Shown here in pieces: positions 60,314-64,000 of a stretch of 64,000 bases of DNA. A program made the position numbers and the translations under genes. Within the stretch, counting starts at the first letter, position 1. The number at the start of each line of letters is the position of its first letter. Location: positions 4,896,001-4,960,000 of the forward strand of contig OZ223209.1 in assembly GCA_965140415.1 (NCBI GenBank), in the 5' to 3' direction. This DNA is from Myxococcota bacterium (GTDB lineage: Bacteria; Myxococcota_A; SURF-8). Below the pieces are notes generated by a model. That model had not been told where the DNA came from. It made no database searches and saw only the letters and a list, made by a program, of their open reading frames with translations.

Positions 60314-61080
60314 CGTTCCTCCTTGTCCGAATCCATCACCTTCACACCGACAGGCGGAACATCCTGCTGGAATCGAGTCATTCTCCGAACTTTGTAGCGT
60401 TCGTTCAATCGAGCCAGCCAGCTCGTCAACGTCTGGTCGTAGCGCTGCTTTTCAATGTCCTGCCGCACGTATTCCCTTAACTGTTCGGAATTGACGTTGG
60501 TATCCCGTGCCATCAAACCCGCCTTGCGGCGGCGTTCGATTTCCTGGTCCAGTTCGTCTTCCGTAATACGCGACATCATCTCCTGACGCCGCCGGATGAA
60601 ACGCTCGATTTTCTGGTTGCGCAACAATAACGCCGTCAGAGCCGACTCGCTTAGTTCCACCTGTTGCAGAAAACGTCCGTATTCCTGAACGGAAGGAAAT
60701 TGCTGCGAAAAAGCCAGACGCAGGCGGTTTCCTTCCGCCACGTCCAGTCCTTCGCTTGCATTGCTCACGCCACGTTCGAATTCCAGGTAAATCAGTTCTT
60801 TACCGATCAGGCGTTCACGTACCTTTTCCAGTAAATCGGCAGGGAGACGACCTCCCCAGTATTGTCCCTTTTCCACCAGAATCAAACGGGTTTCCTGGAC
60901 CACCTGAGTGTAGGTGATGGCGGTGTTTCCCACGCTGGCCACGACTTCGTCGATCAAACGCTCTTCGGCCTGCACGGTTTGTGCATAGCTCAGGCAGATA
61001 ACAAGCAGCAATCCCCGAACAAGAAACCGAATCAGGTCTCTTCGCCGCCAAATGGGTTGGTCAAAGGAGTTACAAAGCAT
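60310..61080 (-). CDS. SurA N-terminal-domain-like exported protein
   Basis: Signal peptide followed by IDEVVASVGNTAIT; C-terminal WLARLNERYKVR; start uncertain (overlaps engB). Confidence 0.6.
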   Translation of the reverse strand: MLCNSFDQPIWRRRDLIRFLVRGLLLVICLSYAQTVQAEERLIDEVVASVGNTAITYTQVVQETRLILVEKGQYWGGRLPADLLEKVRERLIGKELIYLEFERGVSNASEGLDVAEGNRLRLAFSQQFPSVQEYGRFLQQVELSESALTALLLRNQKIERFIRRRQEMMSRITEDELDQEIERRRKAGLMARDTNVNSEQLREYVRQDIEKQRYDQTLTSWLARLNERYKVRRMTRFQQDVPPVGVKVMDSDKEER

Positions 61081-61646
61081 TCCAACACGTTCCATAGGGG
61101 ATCTTTGCCCCACGCCTTCTGTGCGGATGTCACATGGCCGTCACCCGGTTGCAGGTTCAGGCGCTTCATGATAGACGTTACTTGCTTGTTGCGCTGTTGT
61201 AAAGGGAGTTTATCGCCCTTTGTCAGGGCAATCATTACCGGCACTCCCGCTTCACGAAAAAGCTCCAGCGCTTCCAGATCTTCCTGGTTGGGCATCCGGC
61301 GGATATCGAACAGCAACGTAACGGCCTGAAGCTGTTGACGAGTCATAATGTACGATTCGATCATCCTCCACCAGCCAAGGCGCACCTGCTTGGGTGCTTT
61401 GGCAAAGCCGTAACCGGGCAAGTCCACCAAGTGAAACGCCTGATTGATCAGAAAGAAATTGATCTGCTGGGTCCGACCGGGCGTGCTGGACACGCGCACC
61501 AGGTTTCGTCGACCCAGTAACATATTGATCAGCGAGGACTTCCCGACGTTGGATCGCCCGCCGAAAGCCACTTCCGGCAACATGTCTTGCGGAAACTGCT
61601 TCTCGGTAGTCGCACCTTTGACGAAGGAAACATCTTTTATCAGCAT
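61032..61646 (-). CDS. engB: Ribosome biogenesis GTPase YihA/YsxC
   Basis: EVAFGGRSNVGKSSLIN, TPGRT, DLPGYG, TKGDK motifs. Confidence 0.96.
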   Translation of the reverse strand: MLIKDVSFVKGATTEKQFPQDMLPEVAFGGRSNVGKSSLINMLLGRRNLVRVSSTPGRTQQINFFLINQAFHLVDLPGYGFAKAPKQVRLGWWRMIESYIMTRQQLQAVTLLFDIRRMPNQEDLEALELFREAGVPVMIALTKGDKLPLQQRNKQVTSIMKRLNLQPGDGHVTSAQKAWGKDPLWNVLECFVTPLTNPFGGEET

Positions 61647-61686
61647 ACCGTCACTCGTTTCTGTTCGAAATCGATTCCCGTCCGGT

Positions 61687-63168
61687 TTAACCCGAAGCGT
61701 AGGAATGCAGTCCGGAAAGCAGGATATTGACTCCCAAATAGGTGAAAATCACCACGCCGAAGCCGATCGTCGCCAAGGCGGCGGGCCAACGCCCCTCCCA
61801 GCCGTGCGTGATACGCACATGCAAATAGATACTGTACACGATCCAGGTAATCAGCGACCAGGTTTCCTTGGGATCCCAGCCCCAATAGCGTCCCCAGGCA
61901 TAATAGGCCCAGACCGCACCGGTGATGATCAGCATGGTCAGAAATGGGAACGCGAACAGGATCGTTTTGTAGGAGAAGTCGTCCAGCTTGTCGGCATCGG
62001 GCAATTGCGCCACCAACCAGTCGCGCTTCCATAGAATGAAATAAAACACCACGAAGTTCAACCAGGCTGTTACAAGCAGCAGGAATTCAAACGGATTGCC
62101 ACGCAGTGAAAAAGCGAAAGGACCGGTGGCATGCAACTGATAGTTGGCGACCAGGGTTTGCCCCGTCGCATCCAGGTGCTTGGCCTGCACCAGCGCCTTG
62201 ACCGCCTCGGGCGTCAGGTTGAAGGGTGCGGATAACGTCAACTGATAGATCGTCAGAATTAAAGCGGTGCTCAATGCCACAAAGCCCAGCGTCAGAATCC
62301 AGACGCGCGCCTGAGCTAAAAGCGTACCAGCTTTCCCCCAGCTTACGGTGTAAAGAATCGTCGCGGCAGTCAGAGCAGCAGCGGAAATAAGCAACGGCCA
62401 TCCGACACCCGGCACCGCCATTTTAAAGGGAGCGCTACCGGCCAGGCTCATTCCGGCGGCATTTTGCGCGGCATAGCTGACCGCCATCCACTTTCCCATA
62501 TGCTGAGCAACGATAGTGCCCATGTAATCACCTTGCGTCAGCAGGGCTTCGCCTCCGACCGTCAATACGATCATCGCGCCGATAGCCGCTACGCATAATC
62601 CGAAAACCGAAGTGGAAACGCCATCTTTGAGCAGGTAGAAAAAGCCCAGAATCGCCGCCAGTCCGAAAGCGGGATAGCTGATCGTCGCCATGGTGACATG
62701 CAGGTGAATCCACTTGCTCTGCAACGCCGGAACCAGCGGCGAGATCTCCTGGTTGATCAATAACGAAGCCGCGCCCATCACCAATAATGACAAGCTGATG
62801 GCGAAAATCGGAAGAATCGGAATGTTGAAACGTCGAATTCCGACCAGCGAAACCAGCGACATTCCCCAGCCGAAACAGACCAGCGACTCGTACAGGTTGC
62901 TCCAGGGTGGATGGCTGATCCAGATCTGGAACCATTCCCAGCCTTGCAGGATGCGTCCTTCCGCCTGCTGAAATGCCGCCACTTCCACTTCGCCCGCTTC
63001 GGCCCAGCGAACCAATAGCGCAGCGGTATGTAGCAAAAAGCCAAATAAAAACAAACCGAAACTCAGTTTCCCAAGCCATTTACGCTGACTGACCAGAACG
63101 GCGATGCTGGCGATCAACGCCAGCGCATACACAAGAAAACTGAAGGAAAACAAGCTTGTACTGATCAT
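61687..63168 (-). CDS. ccsA: Cytochrome c biogenesis protein CcsA/ResC (system II)
   Basis: [27 protein letters not shown] domain [18 protein letters not shown]. Confidence 0.93.
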   Translation of the reverse strand: MISTSLFSFSFLVYALALIASIAVLVSQRKWLGKLSFGLFLFGFLLHTAALLVRWAEAGEVEVAAFQQAEGRILQGWEWFQIWISHPPWSNLYESLVCFGWGMSLVSLVGIRRFNIPILPIFAISLSLLVMGAASLLINQEISPLVPALQSKWIHLHVTMATISYPAFGLAAILGFFYLLKDGVSTSVFGLCVAAIGAMIVLTVGGEALLTQGDYMGTIVAQHMGKWMAVSYAAQNAAGMSLAGSAPFKMAVPGVGWPLLISAAALTAATILYTVSWGKAGTLLAQARVWILTLGFVALSTALILTIYQLTLSAPFNLTPEAVKALVQAKHLDATGQTLVANYQLHATGPFAFSLRGNPFEFLLLVTAWLNFVVFYFILWKRDWLVAQLPDADKLDDFSYKTILFAFPFLTMLIITGAVWAYYAWGRYWGWDPKETWSLITWIVYSIYLHVRITHGWEGRWPAALATIGFGVVIFTYLGVNILLSGLHSYASG

Positions 63169-64000
63169 GATGTCGCTCCCTCGTCGCTCCCGTTTTCGCT
63201 CAATCCGGCTTGCTGCCAGATCTTTTCCACCTCTCGCTGAAAACCGCGCGGATTGCGCTGCGTCAATCCCGTCAAGCGGATTTGGCCTTGATCGCACTGC
63301 ACCGAGATGCGCCGATGTGCGCTATAGAACGTCAGATAGAGTCCCAGCACCATTAAAAAACTGCCCAGCCATACCAGTGGCACGCCGGGGTCCACCACAA
63401 CCATCAAACCGCTGATGTATGCCGGTTGCTCCTCGGCAAAGGATACCAGTAGCGGTTGATCCCTCTGAACATTTCTGTTTTGCTCTTTATCGGCCAATAC
63501 CATGCTCTGAAAGGTCTCTCCCTCGCTCTTAGCGGCCAGAATCGCCGCCCGCATCGGTTGCTCGCCAACGGGAGGAGAGAAGGATGTCAGCATGATCATG
63601 GAATCGGTATTGGGCAAAGCCGCCTGCCGTCCGCTTTGCAGGTTTACACGGTCGCTTTTGCCGGTCGCCGGATCGGTAACCAACAGCGGCGCCCGTTCGA
63701 CATAGGTGGTCTGATAGAAATTGTACACGCCATAATTCAATGGGTCGTTGACTTCGATGGTTTTATGCGCCACCGTCTGGCCCGCTTCTTTGACGGTCAG
63801 AGTCGAGACGTAATCCTTCGGGCTTCCATTCTGAAAGCGCTCCAGGCGGAAGTCGTCCAATTGTACGGAAAAGCTCACGGGAACGCGCGTATAGCGTGTC
63901 CCGCTCTTCTTAAACATGTAATCGATGCTTTGCTGCTGCTCGATTTCCATGACGCCTTCAAAACCGAACAACGCACCGACGACACCGCCGATGATGATCA
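63165..64000 (-). CDS. resB: Cytochrome c biogenesis protein ResB/CcsB (5' part outside the window)
   Basis: YVSTL, IEVNDPL...[20 protein letters not shown]...HRRI; ATGA overlap with ccsA. Confidence 0.9.
   Translation of the reverse strand, partial: IIIGGVVGALFGFEGVMEIEQQQSIDYMFKKSGTRYTRVPVSFSVQLDDFRLERFQNGSPKDYVSTLTVKEAGQTVAHKTIEVNDPLNYGVYNFYQTTYVERAPLLVTDPATGKSDRVNLQSGRQAALPNTDSMIMLTSFSPPVGEQPMRAAILAAKSEGETFQSMVLADKEQNRNVQRDQPLLVSFAEEQPAYISGLMVVVDPGVPLVWLGSFLMVLGLYLTFYSAHRRISVQCDQGQIRLTGLTQRNPRGFQREVEKIWQQAGLSENGSDEGATS

Overview
GC-rich bacterial chromosomal window, probably from a Myxococcota/Deltaproteobacteria-like lineage (inferred from a MYXO-CTERM protein, pilB-pilT-pilC, system II cytochrome c biogenesis genes and many DGD-rich lipoproteins). 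The left 45 kb is one co-oriented minus-strand type IVa pilus locus: pilB-pilT-pilC, a PilE-like pilin, then fimU-pilV-pilW-pilX-pilY1. It runs straight into three uncharacterised exported genes: a small secreted protein, a ~1120-aa Cys-rich acidic lipoprotein, and a ~9,600-aa (29 kb) secreted giant protein. The giant carries Ig/FN3-like repeats, three homologous cassettes each holding a different inserted domain, and a C-terminal FGE-sulfatase (C-type-lectin-fold) domain. This pilus-linked giant surface protein is the best candidate for an undescribed system. The right part holds rplU-rpmA, a MYXO-CTERM protein with a degenerate metalloprotease motif, lipoproteins, an ArnT-like glycosyltransferase, cvpA, an ABC-2 pair, and a housekeeping run (resB-ccsA-engB-surA-like-rimI-pyrK-pyrD). 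Non-coding signals include two sigma54-like promoters, several terminators, REP-like palindromes and a ~138-bp structured repeat in two inverted copies. No rRNA, tRNA, CRISPR array, transposase or reverse transcriptase was recognised. All domain calls come from motif recognition by eye; no database searches were run.
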